From Acidobacteriota bacterium (GTDB lineage: Bacteria > Acidobacteriota > UBA6911), in NCBI GenBank assembly GCA_963664705.1, contig OY761556.1, positions 1,120,001 through 1,184,000 on the forward strand: 64,000 nucleotides of DNA, written 5' to 3'. Numbering within the stretch: position 1 is the first letter of the stretch; every line of letters begins with the position of its first letter. The notes below the pieces were generated by a model that was not told the origin of the DNA, made no database searches, and worked only from the letters and a program-made list of their open reading frames with translations. This document shows positions 1-10,309 of the stretch, in pieces. The position numbers and the translations under genes were made by a program.

Positions 1-524
1 CCTGGATGAATCCTGATGGCCGCATCAAAATCGCGCAAGGCCAGGTCGTATCTCTGCAAGCGATAATAGGAAACTCCCCGCTCGTTGTAGGCATCAACGG
101 CGCGGGGTTCGATGGCAATGGCCTTGTCCAGATCTTTCAACGCGGACTGAAGGTCTCCTTTGCGTCCATAGACGATGCCGCGGTCATAGTAGGTCAGCCA
201 GATATCGGGCTCAAGGCCAATGGCGGCGGCAAGATCGGATAATGCAGCCTCCAGCGAACCTTTTTGAGCATAGGCCAACGCACGCATCCGGTACGCCGCG
301 CCGCATTTGGGCTTGTCTTTGAGCAGCTTCGTGCAGGCCGCAATTCCACCCTCGAAATTCTTCGCCGTGACCTGAACGTTGCAGGGCGTCTGCTCAAAAT
401 CTTTGCCGCAGGTCTTCTTGGAATAGCAATTGTGATTCGGCGTCCATACATAGTCCTTCGAATCCTGAGCTTGAAGCAGTAAAGGGAATAGCAACAGCCC
501 AAGAATGATCTTTCCGCAATGCAT
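1..524 (-). CDS. Secreted tetratricopeptide-repeat (TPR) protein, 3'-truncated by window edge
   Basis: Not in the ORF track; translated by hand. ATG at 524 with GGGAGG RBS gives MHCGKIILGLLLFPLLLQAQ (signal peptide), a Cys-rich segment, then TPR repeats (AYRMRALAYAQKGSLEAALSDL; YYDRGIVYGRKGDLQSALKDLDKAI; AYNERGVSYYRLQRYDLALRDFDAAI). The frame stays open to the window edge. Confidence 0.85.
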   Translation of the reverse strand, partial: MHCGKIILGLLLFPLLLQAQDSKDYVWTPNHNCYSKKTCGKDFEQTPCNVQVTAKNFEGGIAACTKLLKDKPKCGAAYRMRALAYAQKGSLEAALSDLAAAIGLEPDIWLTYYDRGIVYGRKGDLQSALKDLDKAIAIEPRAVDAYNERGVSYYRLQRYDLALRDFDAAIRIHP

Positions 525-596
525 CAGGACTCCCTCCCTAAAGCTATCGCTCTCGACAAAACGAGCCATCCCGTTATAGCTGCCTTTCAAGGGGGC

Positions 597-3500
597 TCAA
601 TGAAGTCGCCATTGCCCGTCCTGGACGCCGATGAGAATCACGATCCAGTCGTGCGATTTCTGTTCGTAATTGATCATCATAATGGCATCGGCGGTCGCAT
701 CACTGGTCACCTTGCCGTCGCGGCTTACGATAGTTCTGCATGTCAGAGCTCCGCCCCACCCCCCGATCATCTTTGCCTGATCGTCCGGGGATAGTACGCT
801 GTAATGCCCCTCCTTCAATTCGCAAGTTGCATCGCGGCGATCAATCATTCCCGTCTTGTAAGTGAACTGCCATGTGTGCGTGATCGTACGCGGAGTCATT
901 TCAAGACGGCCCGGAGCCGAACCGGCATTGGATGCTTTCGGCACGAACGAAAACGTAATATTGCTGCCCTCGAGCACAAGCGCTGCACCGGTCTTGCGGA
1001 CCTTGTCTTGCAGCGATGCCTTCATTTCAGCGTCAATGCCGCCGGATAAACTAAATGCCTTCGGCGGGCTTGGCAGCACAGTACGGGGCCCGCAGTTCTT
1101 GACCTGAGTGCATAAATTTTCCACATCAACCAGCATCGCCGCCGATTGAGTATTCCATCGTTGAACCAATGCTCCGACTACTTCACAGTCCGGAAGCTCC
1201 CCGAGTTTGGTTTCACAAAGTGACGCGGCTATATTCACTTCGTCCATGAGCTGATTGGCTTCATCCTTGGATTGCTGCATTGTCTTTTGAACGTCAGCAA
1301 ACCTGTTGGCCAGGCTTTGTTCCAGCGCCGGCAGGGAGGGAGCCTCCGTGGTGCATTCCCCAATGTCCGTGAGCGCCTCCAAGCGAGCCTGAAGGGTTTT
1401 TAGCCTTTCTTCCTGGCCTGGAACGGATCTTGAGGCAATCCCTGCACGGATTGCCTCCAATCTTTCCCGCAGAGCTTTCCGTTCACGATCATAGGATTCT
1501 TTGCTGTTATAGCCCGTTACCGCATAATTGTTGGCCAGATCCGGCACCGCGGTAATATTCGCAATGTCGCTCATCGCGCGAATCGCCATTTCCCAGTATT
1601 GCCGGACATTCTTCCTTCTTGCGTCCAGCGCCGGCTTTATTGCCTTCAGGAGAGCGCATTTGCTGTTGATCTCTATCCCATGCTTCAGAATCCCGGCGAG
1701 ATTGGCTGTCGAACGCTGGCAAATATCCCCTGCCTGCCGGGCTGCTCCGTCCGATTCACACGGATTCTGCCTACTGCGGAGCCACGTGACTCCGATTTCC
1801 AATTGTTTCTGATGTTCTTTGGATTCGTTGAGCAGCACATCCAGTTCCTGCCGGGATTTTGCTCCTGCAGCCGCCAAATCATCAATCTGCTGTTTGACCT
1901 GCTTCGCCTGTATTCTCAATTGGGCGAGATTCCGCTCCATGGCCGCGATGGAATCGTTTAAATCCTGGGACTCTCGAATGGCTTCCTGACATGCTTTGAC
2001 TGTTCTTTGCCTCAGTGCCAGAAGCTGGGCAATTGCATTGGGGATCTGACTTTCCAGATCCGAAAGAGCTGCGACCGGATCCGTTCGACTCGAAGTGGGC
2101 GTTGTTGCCGAGCGTAAACCGCCCGCGGTTCTTTCCAGTTGACTGGAATCGTTTTGGGGTGGCTTTCCAATGTATTTCAGCTTCACTGGAAGGACAATAG
2201 GAAAATTGTTGGGGGGCGTGCTGCCTCGTGCTTCGAAAAACACTTTGGAATATTCATCGACAATTTCGCAGTTCGCATCCGCTGCTTCCCAGTCCTGACT
2301 CTGCGGTACTACCTTGAAGGCATGCGATCCTGCGCTCAGTCCTGCAAATGAGGCAACTGTTCTCGGAGGCGAATCAAGCGGATACATGGAAACTACCGGG
2401 GGAGAGTTGTCTGCCTGCACATTGCAGACCACGGGCACCGCGATTTTCGCGCCGTCCTCTCCGGGTTTTTCCGCACTAATGACAATAACCGCCGATCCGC
2501 TTACCTTCGGAATTGGGGCGATGGCATAGCCAATGACCGGTACAGGTTCCGAGGTCCCGATCACGGCGCCTGCGGCATCCAGGGCACTTGCTCTGGCCTG
2601 AAGGGAAAGAGTCAGGATGGTGTACTTGGGGCGGCCTTGCGGGTCTTTCTCCTCCAATTTTGCCTTTTCCTTTTCTGTCGGAACGAAGCCGGCTGGAGGG
2701 CCGGTTTTGACGCTTTCCGCTTTCAGCCAATAGTCATGAGTCCAGGGTTGTGGATGATCGGCACGGTTGGCCTCTACCACAATATCTACGGGGATGCTGG
2801 AGCTTTGATCACTTGTATCGATCATCGGCTCGGCAGAAGGGGGGCGTTCCGTCGAGTCCTGCGGATCGTTCGCAGCGCTGTCGACGTAGCCGCTGAAATC
2901 TATGTACCAGGTCGGTGCTTTAAGTCTGACCCGGCCTGGGCTGGCCAATGATTGGCTCAGCTGTTGATTTGCCCAGGATTCAAAACCGGCCTGGATTCGA
3001 TCAAGAACCCGATCTTTGGACAAAAGCAGTTGCATCTCCAGTACATTCCATTGCTGAGCCTTCTCGGCGATCCTTTTCTGGATATCATCCTTAAGGAATT
3101 CCACGCGTGCATCTTCTATTTCATAAGCTTTGTAAAGGCCGATCAGGCGCTGGCGCATCGAAGCCAGGAGTTGATCGCGTCGAGAGGTCCCGCCGAACAA
3201 TCCCTCAAACTCGGCCTTATAGCCATCAGGCTGAGAATCGAACCACTTCCGTACCTCGCTGTTGAAGATTTGCTGAAGAACTTCGTCTTCATTTGAGTAA
3301 TCGGGATTGACCTGTGCTGCTACCAACGGTTGAAAGCAGTCGTAGATTTTGGCGATTCTTTGATAGTAAGGCAGATCAAAGCTGTATTTTTTCTCGAGCT
3401 GTTCCTTCCGTGCATCCCAATTTTTCGAAACGGGTGTCAATCCTTCGGACATCAACTGTTTCCAGATTGTGGGAGCGAACATGCGCGGTCCTTTTTTCGT

Positions 3501-6500
3501 CAACTCCGAAAATGCGGAGTTTTCGTCTTCGGCTCTCATGCACGAATGACCCCAGAATATTGGGAAGCCGGGAGTGTCGGCCTTTACAATCGGATTATCG
3601 GCGGAAGGATTTCTCAGGGCGCGCACCGAAACAGACCCGGGATCTGGACGTGAACGGAACGCTTGTTCAATCAGGTCGTCATCAATCTTTTCCATCATCC
3701 AGTGATAGCCGAGTGATGGGACGCCGGTTGACAGGTCGTAAACCAGCAGAAGTTCTCCCACATAAGGGGTTCCCAGCCGGGAACTTGCCCACTCGGAGGC
3801 GTATCGCAGCAGACCGAGCATGCCGATAGAGACGATTCCGCGTTTGATTTCACCGCGGCTGAAATCTTTGATTGCAATACCGACGATCCCATACGAAGTG
3901 GGAAGGTAGAAAAGCGATTCGGTGATAATCGCTTCGCTTATGATGGCACGGTTCCCGGTCCTGTAGGCATTCACAATATTGAGTGCGCTGTTGGCAAGCA
4001 TCAGCGGACTCATGAGATTGTTCCAGGTTGCCGCGCCAAAATCCTTTGGGGGTAACTGGAAATCGCGATCCATCATGTCCACGATCCCCCGGATGGCACT
4101 CGCATAGGCCGGTTCGCGAAAGGATGCCCCCTCCCGGATATGTTCCTTCAGCTTTTGCCAATCCTGCGGATTGCGGAGGCGACGCTCGGCTTCCTGGCCG
4201 CTGACTTCCGTTAAGCGCTCGACCCTTTGACGCTTTTGGTTCAGGGCCTCTTCCCGCACCGCGTTTTCCGAATTTCCAGTGCCGCCCGAAGACGCAGGCT
4301 GAGGAGGACGCGATTCGTATTCGGAGAGGAAATTGTCGAGTTCGGCGCTGGTAAGCTCCGAAAGCTTCTGAACCTCTGCCTTCAAGGCCTGCGGCGTTTC
4401 CTTGAGGATTTGTTCTGTGAGTTCCTTGCTTACCACGGGGTTTTCGATTTTTTTGACAATCTCAAACATTGTGGCGATTTCGACACGAATCTTTTCCGCT
4501 TGTTTACGGGCGGCAGTTACATTGGGTCCCCGGTTCACACTCCCGTCGGCATTTACCATATAGCGATAGGCATTGTGTTTAAGCCCTGCGACGGAGAAAT
4601 CACGAATAGCCTCGATGTACTTGGATACCAGGAGTTGACCGACCGTATCCCGAAGCCGGCGCGTATGGATCTTCCATGCTTCAGAGTAAACAGCATCGAG
4701 ATATGGCCCCACTGGTGCGGAAGTTTCGATAAGCTCGGGATGCGACCTTTGTACAATGGAAACCGCTTCGTCGAAGTAGGGTTGTAGAAAAACAGAGCGG
4801 CCGCGGTCGGGATGCTCCCAATCCAGAAGGTTGTTGGCTTTGGCGTATTCAATACGATTGCTGATCTCAATATTCTGGTAGAGATTCCGAAAAGCCTCAT
4901 TGGACATCCGAATGTCCAGCCGGAAAGCGCGAATCATCCAGCGCGCTTTCATCAGCTGCATTTTTCCGCCGATGATTATTTTATATTCATCTTTTCTTAA
5001 GATGCTTGCGCGTGCTTCCTGATCGGCCTTGCCTAGTCCCTCCAGCATGAATGCATCTCGAATGATACTGTTGGATGGGCCGATCGGGTCAACGGTTGTC
5101 GTGGGCTGATCATTGGGAAGCCCGCAGGCATGGATATCCCGATAGGAATTCACCAGACCGGCGCCGGCTCCCTCATTGATTGCGCGGTTGAAGTATTTGG
5201 AAAAGGCTGCGCGATCATCGGCATGGTCGATCATTTGGCGCAGATTCTGGGTTACAACTCCGAAAGCATTGCTGCGATCATAGGCGGGCACGATTCCCTC
5301 AAACTGCATAGCATTGGTTCTCCACCTGCCGTTGGGATCGAGTTCGCCTATCCGGTATTCAATCGGGGCGGGTTTTTGTAATTGAGCTGAGGCCGGGATG
5401 GATCCCTCCTCGCCAGGCACGGACCTGGTTCTCAAAACCTGAACACGGGGATCGAGCGAGGTAGCGCGTCCATCTCGGAATCCTCTTTTCTGAACGGTTT
5501 CGAGATTCGCGCCGGGCACATAGTAGGCATCTCCTCCGGAGGTAACCTTCAGACGCATCTGTTTGACGGCGCCCCGGAGGGAACTTCGGTATTCCTCGAA
5601 AGTCTGAGCCGCATTGCGAACTCCCGGGAGGAAGACATCACCATCATGCGTTGTAATGTCTATATTGGCCGGCTGATACTTGAATCGCGTTTCAAAGCGC
5701 AGATTGAAATCTGCGATGAGTTGAGCCAGGGTGATTGATCCGCGCGCAGCCGGATCCGCATAAACCGTAACATCGATATCACTGCGATAAGCACTTCTGC
5801 TTCCGGAATCGATCAGTTCAATATGCACCTGGTGATCAAGCGCAATCTCCGCCCAGACATCAACGACCATCTTCCATCTCATTTCCGCAAGGAGCGCGCT
5901 TTGCTGGCGGAACTCACTTTTTGAACAAACCTTTTTCCAGGCCCGCGCCGTTTCAACCGATCCTTCCGGAGGAGCGAACTCCTGGTTGACAAAAAAATCC
6001 CAACGCTTCTCCCGAATATCGGTCTGAAGTTGTTCCAGTTTGGTGTTCCGCAACAAAGCTTCGATGCGTTTTTCCAGCACTGGATTGGTCGGGCCAGGGG
6101 GCTGCGGCAGTGCGGCACTTTCTGGTCTTGGTTCCTCTCCCATTTCAGCAAAGGCGAGAGTCTCCTGTCGTGCAGGTTGCGAGGATATGGATTGAGCCGG
6201 TCGGGGCTGACTGGAGAAGAAACTGCCCGTCTTCCACTCGCCTGAAACCTGGCTGCCGCGTCCCGAATTTGCGGCGGATTCCGCTGCCGGCAGCCCTGGA
6301 GGTTTTTCGGCGACCAGCCCTTTGCCCGCTCTCCAATCGAAAAAACCACGCGAATTTCGGCCGACGCGGACTTCAGCCCCGTGAAAGCCCTTCGCTTCGT
6401 TCAGGGAGCAGAGTTTTGTTTTGATATATTCGGCAAGATAAGCCCCCTCCCATCGTCGTTTCAAAACGGGATCCTGAATCGTATCCAACCGGAATACGAT

Positions 6501-6788
6501 ATCGTTCTTGCCGTTTTTGCGGATTACATCTCCTGCGACATAGCCTAGACGGCCGGGATCGGCTCCGACCCCCAAAGCCATCTCATCATGAAAGTTAAGA
6601 CTGTCCCGGATGAGGATCTGCCCGGTTCTTGGATTGATGACGAATTTCCAATATTGGACCGACGCAGGAGCATCGGAATCCTGCCCGGATGTGACGTTTC
6701 CGGGAGCAGAGCCCAGGATGAGAAGAACTGAAAGCACGACGGTAATTACTTTCCGCCCCATGAAAAAGTCTTCATTCCGGAATGTCAT
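597..6788 (-). CDS. Giant (2063 aa) secreted hypothetical protein with NTase-like motif, hydrophobic central segment and coiled-coil region
   Basis: Long uninterrupted ORF with GGAG RBS. Signal-peptide-like N-terminus (MGRKVITVVLSVLLILGSAPG), IDSGSRSAYRSDIDVTV motif, and a heptad-rich region at about aa 1580-1860. Confidence 0.85.
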   Translation of the reverse strand: MTFRNEDFFMGRKVITVVLSVLLILGSAPGNVTSGQDSDAPASVQYWKFVINPRTGQILIRDSLNFHDEMALGVGADPGRLGYVAGDVIRKNGKNDIVFRLDTIQDPVLKRRWEGAYLAEYIKTKLCSLNEAKGFHGAEVRVGRNSRGFFDWRAGKGLVAEKPPGLPAAESAANSGRGSQVSGEWKTGSFFSSQPRPAQSISSQPARQETLAFAEMGEEPRPESAALPQPPGPTNPVLEKRIEALLRNTKLEQLQTDIREKRWDFFVNQEFAPPEGSVETARAWKKVCSKSEFRQQSALLAEMRWKMVVDVWAEIALDHQVHIELIDSGSRSAYRSDIDVTVYADPAARGSITLAQLIADFNLRFETRFKYQPANIDITTHDGDVFLPGVRNAAQTFEEYRSSLRGAVKQMRLKVTSGGDAYYVPGANLETVQKRGFRDGRATSLDPRVQVLRTRSVPGEEGSIPASAQLQKPAPIEYRIGELDPNGRWRTNAMQFEGIVPAYDRSNAFGVVTQNLRQMIDHADDRAAFSKYFNRAINEGAGAGLVNSYRDIHACGLPNDQPTTTVDPIGPSNSIIRDAFMLEGLGKADQEARASILRKDEYKIIIGGKMQLMKARWMIRAFRLDIRMSNEAFRNLYQNIEISNRIEYAKANNLLDWEHPDRGRSVFLQPYFDEAVSIVQRSHPELIETSAPVGPYLDAVYSEAWKIHTRRLRDTVGQLLVSKYIEAIRDFSVAGLKHNAYRYMVNADGSVNRGPNVTAARKQAEKIRVEIATMFEIVKKIENPVVSKELTEQILKETPQALKAEVQKLSELTSAELDNFLSEYESRPPQPASSGGTGNSENAVREEALNQKRQRVERLTEVSGQEAERRLRNPQDWQKLKEHIREGASFREPAYASAIRGIVDMMDRDFQLPPKDFGAATWNNLMSPLMLANSALNIVNAYRTGNRAIISEAIITESLFYLPTSYGIVGIAIKDFSRGEIKRGIVSIGMLGLLRYASEWASSRLGTPYVGELLLVYDLSTGVPSLGYHWMMEKIDDDLIEQAFRSRPDPGSVSVRALRNPSADNPIVKADTPGFPIFWGHSCMRAEDENSAFSELTKKGPRMFAPTIWKQLMSEGLTPVSKNWDARKEQLEKKYSFDLPYYQRIAKIYDCFQPLVAAQVNPDYSNEDEVLQQIFNSEVRKWFDSQPDGYKAEFEGLFGGTSRRDQLLASMRQRLIGLYKAYEIEDARVEFLKDDIQKRIAEKAQQWNVLEMQLLLSKDRVLDRIQAGFESWANQQLSQSLASPGRVRLKAPTWYIDFSGYVDSAANDPQDSTERPPSAEPMIDTSDQSSSIPVDIVVEANRADHPQPWTHDYWLKAESVKTGPPAGFVPTEKEKAKLEEKDPQGRPKYTILTLSLQARASALDAAGAVIGTSEPVPVIGYAIAPIPKVSGSAVIVISAEKPGEDGAKIAVPVVCNVQADNSPPVVSMYPLDSPPRTVASFAGLSAGSHAFKVVPQSQDWEAADANCEIVDEYSKVFFEARGSTPPNNFPIVLPVKLKYIGKPPQNDSSQLERTAGGLRSATTPTSSRTDPVAALSDLESQIPNAIAQLLALRQRTVKACQEAIRESQDLNDSIAAMERNLAQLRIQAKQVKQQIDDLAAAGAKSRQELDVLLNESKEHQKQLEIGVTWLRSRQNPCESDGAARQAGDICQRSTANLAGILKHGIEINSKCALLKAIKPALDARRKNVRQYWEMAIRAMSDIANITAVPDLANNYAVTGYNSKESYDRERKALRERLEAIRAGIASRSVPGQEERLKTLQARLEALTDIGECTTEAPSLPALEQSLANRFADVQKTMQQSKDEANQLMDEVNIAASLCETKLGELPDCEVVGALVQRWNTQSAAMLVDVENLCTQVKNCGPRTVLPSPPKAFSLSGGIDAEMKASLQDKVRKTGAALVLEGSNITFSFVPKASNAGSAPGRLEMTPRTITHTWQFTYKTGMIDRRDATCELKEGHYSVLSPDDQAKMIGGWGGALTCRTIVSRDGKVTSDATADAIMMINYEQKSHDWIVILIGVQDGQWRLH

Positions 6789-7036
6789 GGATCTCCTCCG
6801 GTCACCGAATGCTTATTTCTGGCGGGAGGCACTATCCAGGCACGGCGGATATGCGAAGTAGCTGGCATTCCGACGTTTTCTGGTTTCAGATGCCATGCCA
6901 ACAACGAACGGTGATGAGACTACTCGAATGCTTCCTGGAACTTTTGGAGCGTATTTTACTACGGAACACAGGCGTGGGAATAGGAATTCGCAAAAAGCAG
7001 GTCGGTTGCTTTACAATTCGACAGCCCGGGCGGAGC

Positions 7037-8239
7037 TCAATCCTTCTTTTTTCGGACTTTGAGGGCTTTCAGATCTCCTGTGGGACATACTACCTCGCAG
7101 GCGCCGCAGCCATTACATTTTGCAGGATCAACGCCTGGAAAGGATTCATAGGCTTCTTCATTCCATTGAACCTTAATAGCATCATAGGGGCAGAGTCGTA
7201 AACAGGCATGACACTCGCTGATACCCCATAGGCACAGAGACGTGTCTACGCTGGCCTTTCCTATGACATACCTGTTTTTCTGCTCCAGGTTTAATTTTTG
7301 TAAAGCTCCGCTGGGGCATACCGTTGTACAGGCATTGCATTCTTTTTTGCAGTAATCTGTCTTATACCGGACGACCGGTGATAGAAACCCAAGCGCCCCG
7401 GATTGTCCCTTATCCGGATGAATGATCCTGGATGGGCAAGCGCGTATGCAATTGCCGCATCGCAGGCAAAGCCCCGTAAACTTGTCCTCTCCAATCGCGC
7501 CCGGAGGCCGCAAGGGAGCCGTAGCAGATCGTGTCTGACCGATTTTTTGCGCCACCAGGCTGAATCCCAGGCCCGCTGCAACGGAAAGGAACATTCTCCT
7601 TGGCGCCCAAAAAGAATTTCCAGGCGCAGCTTTTTCGCGGGATTCTGTTCTGTTTGCCTTGCGGAAATCAGTAATGGTAGTTCCGATATTTCCCAGGATG
7701 TCTTGCGTAGCACCCAAAGGACAAATACGGGCGCACCAGAAGTCACCCGAAGTTACTGCCAACAAAAGAAGCACAACTATGCCGGCCAGCGCGACTGTCG
7801 CAGACAGTGCATCCGTTGCTTTGTAGACCGAAAACGCACTGTTCAGGCATGCCAATGGGTCCATCCACATAAAGAGCGGATAACCGAGGATCGCACCGGC
7901 GGCCGTTAGCAAAACGATGTATCTGCCTAAAGGAGAGAAGCGCTTCCACCAGATTCTGCCTGGTAATTTCACCCTGGAAGCATTATCAAGGAGCAGTCCG
8001 ACCGGGCATATATAGCGGCAGAACCACCTTTTTCGTGCCAGCGATGCAGCGGCAAACACCAAGCCCAGGATTGATCCCACGCCGAGGGTTCCACGCGCCA
8101 GCAAAGTGCATATTGTGATAAATGGGCTTGACTGAACAAATATCCTGGAGCCATGGATCCAGAATGGAAACGGCAATAACAAAAGAGTTGCCAGCAAAAA
8201 GCAACCCAGCCTTACATACAGGCGCCCTCTAGGTGTCAT
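7037..8239 (-). CDS. Membrane polyferredoxin (NapH/MauN-like membrane domain fused to NapG/MauM-like 4Fe-4S domain)
   Basis: TM helices, two CxxxCP motifs (CRYICP, CARICP), internal PRRMFL plus a hydrophobic helix, LRPPGA, then four Cys clusters (CLRCGNCIRACP, CNACTTVCP, CHACLRLCP, CNGCGACEVVCP). Confidence 0.85.
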   Translation of the reverse strand: MTPRGRLYVRLGCFLLATLLLLPFPFWIHGSRIFVQSSPFITICTLLARGTLGVGSILGLVFAAASLARKRWFCRYICPVGLLLDNASRVKLPGRIWWKRFSPLGRYIVLLTAAGAILGYPLFMWMDPLACLNSAFSVYKATDALSATVALAGIVVLLLLAVTSGDFWCARICPLGATQDILGNIGTTITDFRKANRTESREKAAPGNSFWAPRRMFLSVAAGLGFSLVAQKIGQTRSATAPLRPPGAIGEDKFTGLCLRCGNCIRACPSRIIHPDKGQSGALGFLSPVVRYKTDYCKKECNACTTVCPSGALQKLNLEQKNRYVIGKASVDTSLCLWGISECHACLRLCPYDAIKVQWNEEAYESFPGVDPAKCNGCGACEVVCPTGDLKALKVRKKKD

Positions 8240-8254
8240 TCAGTAAAAACCTCT

Positions 8255-8303
8255 CCACTCCACCCGAGCTTTTATTTCAGTCCTTCCGCTCATGGTGGAG
8301 TGG
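8255..8303 (-). terminator. Hairpin between FAD oxidoreductase and polyferredoxin genes
   Basis: CCACTCCACC / GGTGGAGTGG inverted repeat, followed on the minus strand by AGAGG and a T-run. It overlaps the likely RBS of the polyferredoxin gene. Confidence 0.4.
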
Positions 8304-8368
8304 TTTATTTCTTGTATCTGTAATGCTTCTCCAATTGCGTTCTTCAAAGGCGAATGCCGGTGGACAGA

Positions 8369-9850
8369 CTAACCGGGCAGGACTACCCCCTGTTTTTTAA
8401 GGCTGGCCTGTAAAGCCTTTGTGTCAACCTTTCGGAGATCGCCGCCGCTGCTTATGGCTTGGGCTGCTGCAGTTCCAGCCGCCTGCCCAAGGCTGACACA
8501 GTGGTGTATCAAGTTGAAGGTGTCATTGACCACGGCATCGGATGAAAATGCCCGGCAGGCAATGAGCATGTTGTTTACATTGCGCGGGATCAGACAGCGA
8601 TAGGGCATATACATCAGGGGGTTCTTTTCATCCATGCTATTAGGGAATATGGCAATGGTGTCCTTAAAAGGATCCTTTGATTTCATGTCCTTTTCAGTGA
8701 CAACGTAGTCTCCAACAACCCGCCTGCCCCCGCGAGTGCCAAGCTGCGAATTGGACAGGACTATGAAGCTCTTTTCAAAACCGGGAATATTTTTCACATA
8801 GAAATCGTGGGTTATCATCATCTCTTTACGGCCCAAAAATTCTACCCGCGTAAGCTCCTCGACATCGTACTGAGATTTATTTGCATATCGGGGGAAGCAC
8901 CAGACCACATTTTCCTGGTTTCTCAGGTTGCTGGTCAGAAATCCGGGCGTACCGCCAAGTTTTCTGACTTCGCGCATCTTTTCGGTCAGTTCATTGGCGT
9001 TGGTTTTTTTGTAATCCTGGTATTTTTTCAGATTAACGTTATCGATCCAGTATGAAAAGGAGAGGTTTGACATCCTCAGGGTTTTATCGATCTGAGTCTC
9101 AAACGCTGCCCCGGTATAGGGCAACAGGTCTCCATCGCCGGTGGAGTCAATGACAATCTTGGCCAGCACAGCCTGTCTGCCTGATTTGCTCTCAAAGATT
9201 ACGCCTTTGGCCTTATTCCCCTCCATTATGGGTTCGGTCCCCCATGAATGGAGATAGGTCTTAACATTTGCCTCCTTCATCATGTCCTGGAACAGACACT
9301 TTGATACCTCCGCATCGATGTGCGCAGAATAGGCGACTCTGTTGCCTGAGGCATAAAAAGGGGACCGGCTTTTATAATAATCAACAAGCTTTTTATCGGT
9401 TGAGCCCCAATGCTCCTTCTTCGGGTAATCAGTCGCTCCCCGGGCATCCAACCTCTTTATCCACTCCTGAGTAATTCCGGCTATCACTTGTTTGCCGTTC
9501 ATATCGATCATGTCGGGGATGATGGTGACCAGTCCGCCCGTGCCCATACCACCAAGGTGCTCATATCTTTCAATAAGAACTGTATCCGCGCCGCTCCTGG
9601 CCGCGGCCAGGGCCGCGCCGATACCGCCGGGGCCGCCGCCCACAACTACAACATCCGCGGTGCGGCACACTTTTGTCTCACGGGCAGCCTCCCGGATTGT
9701 CTTGCCGGATATCTGCGTCGACTTGGCGGATTGGGCAACCCCCGGAATCGCCGCACCTCCCACGCCAATAGCAAAAGCGGCGGTACCAGCTGTATTCTTG
9801 ACGAATTCTCTCCGGGTTATCCCGTTGGCAATTTCCTTGAGTGATTTCAT
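8369..9850 (-). CDS. Tat-exported FAD-dependent oxidoreductase (FAD_oxidored family)
   Basis: TRREFVK twin-arginine signal; DVVVVGGGPGG Rossmann motif; LGGMGTGG; IDSTGDGD; PYRCLIP. Confidence 0.85.
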   Translation of the reverse strand: MKSLKEIANGITRREFVKNTAGTAAFAIGVGGAAIPGVAQSAKSTQISGKTIREAARETKVCRTADVVVVGGGPGGIGAALAAARSGADTVLIERYEHLGGMGTGGLVTIIPDMIDMNGKQVIAGITQEWIKRLDARGATDYPKKEHWGSTDKKLVDYYKSRSPFYASGNRVAYSAHIDAEVSKCLFQDMMKEANVKTYLHSWGTEPIMEGNKAKGVIFESKSGRQAVLAKIVIDSTGDGDLLPYTGAAFETQIDKTLRMSNLSFSYWIDNVNLKKYQDYKKTNANELTEKMREVRKLGGTPGFLTSNLRNQENVVWCFPRYANKSQYDVEELTRVEFLGRKEMMITHDFYVKNIPGFEKSFIVLSNSQLGTRGGRRVVGDYVVTEKDMKSKDPFKDTIAIFPNSMDEKNPLMYMPYRCLIPRNVNNMLIACRAFSSDAVVNDTFNLIHHCVSLGQAAGTAAAQAISSGGDLRKVDTKALQASLKKQGVVLPG

Positions 9851-10015
9851 GGCAGACTCTCCTGAGTGAAATTATTTCACCGTAATATTCCGGGCCTCAT
9901 AAGACAAATTTTCGACCATCCTGATTTTATTGTTCAAAGCTTCGCTACGGCCTTGCCCCTTCCCAATGCAGTCAGCAAATTGTGTGAATCCTTACTATCT
10001 GAGCTGTCTATGCCT

Positions 10016-10050
10016 TGTCAAGACTATTGTCACATAGATGTGACAATAGT
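10016..10050 (-). promoter_or_regulatory. Perfect 13-bp palindromic operator adjacent to a TTGACA -35 element
   Basis: ACTATTGTCACAT-AG-ATGTGACAATAGT at 10023-10050. TTGACA on the minus strand at 10021-10016 faces the Tat flavoprotein gene. Confidence 0.65.
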
Positions 10051-10309
10051 TGGATTAGGGTCAGGTCTTCTATCGACTCAATGGAGCTAAGATCGGCAAT
10101 ACGGATTTCACTTGAGCCACCTGATCCTTTATGGAAGATTCCCGCGCCGAGGTTTCTTTCTTCAATCCGCGGCAACGGTAGTAAAATTGCAGATGAAAAA
10201 TCTGGAATAGCAAGCGGAGTGAACTTTATTGGAAACAACCGGCGGCCTGATACAGAAATAGCTTCCTGGCCCGATGTTGTTTGTTCCTATTGGCCGAAAA
10301 GAGAGACCA

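Noticed and set aside
6-482. Short plus-strand ORFs at window start
   Set aside because: Antisense shadows of the TPR gene on the minus strand.
6884-6902. Possible sigma54 promoter for the giant gene (TGGCAT-N5-CTGAA)
   Set aside because: Lacks the conserved -12 GC.
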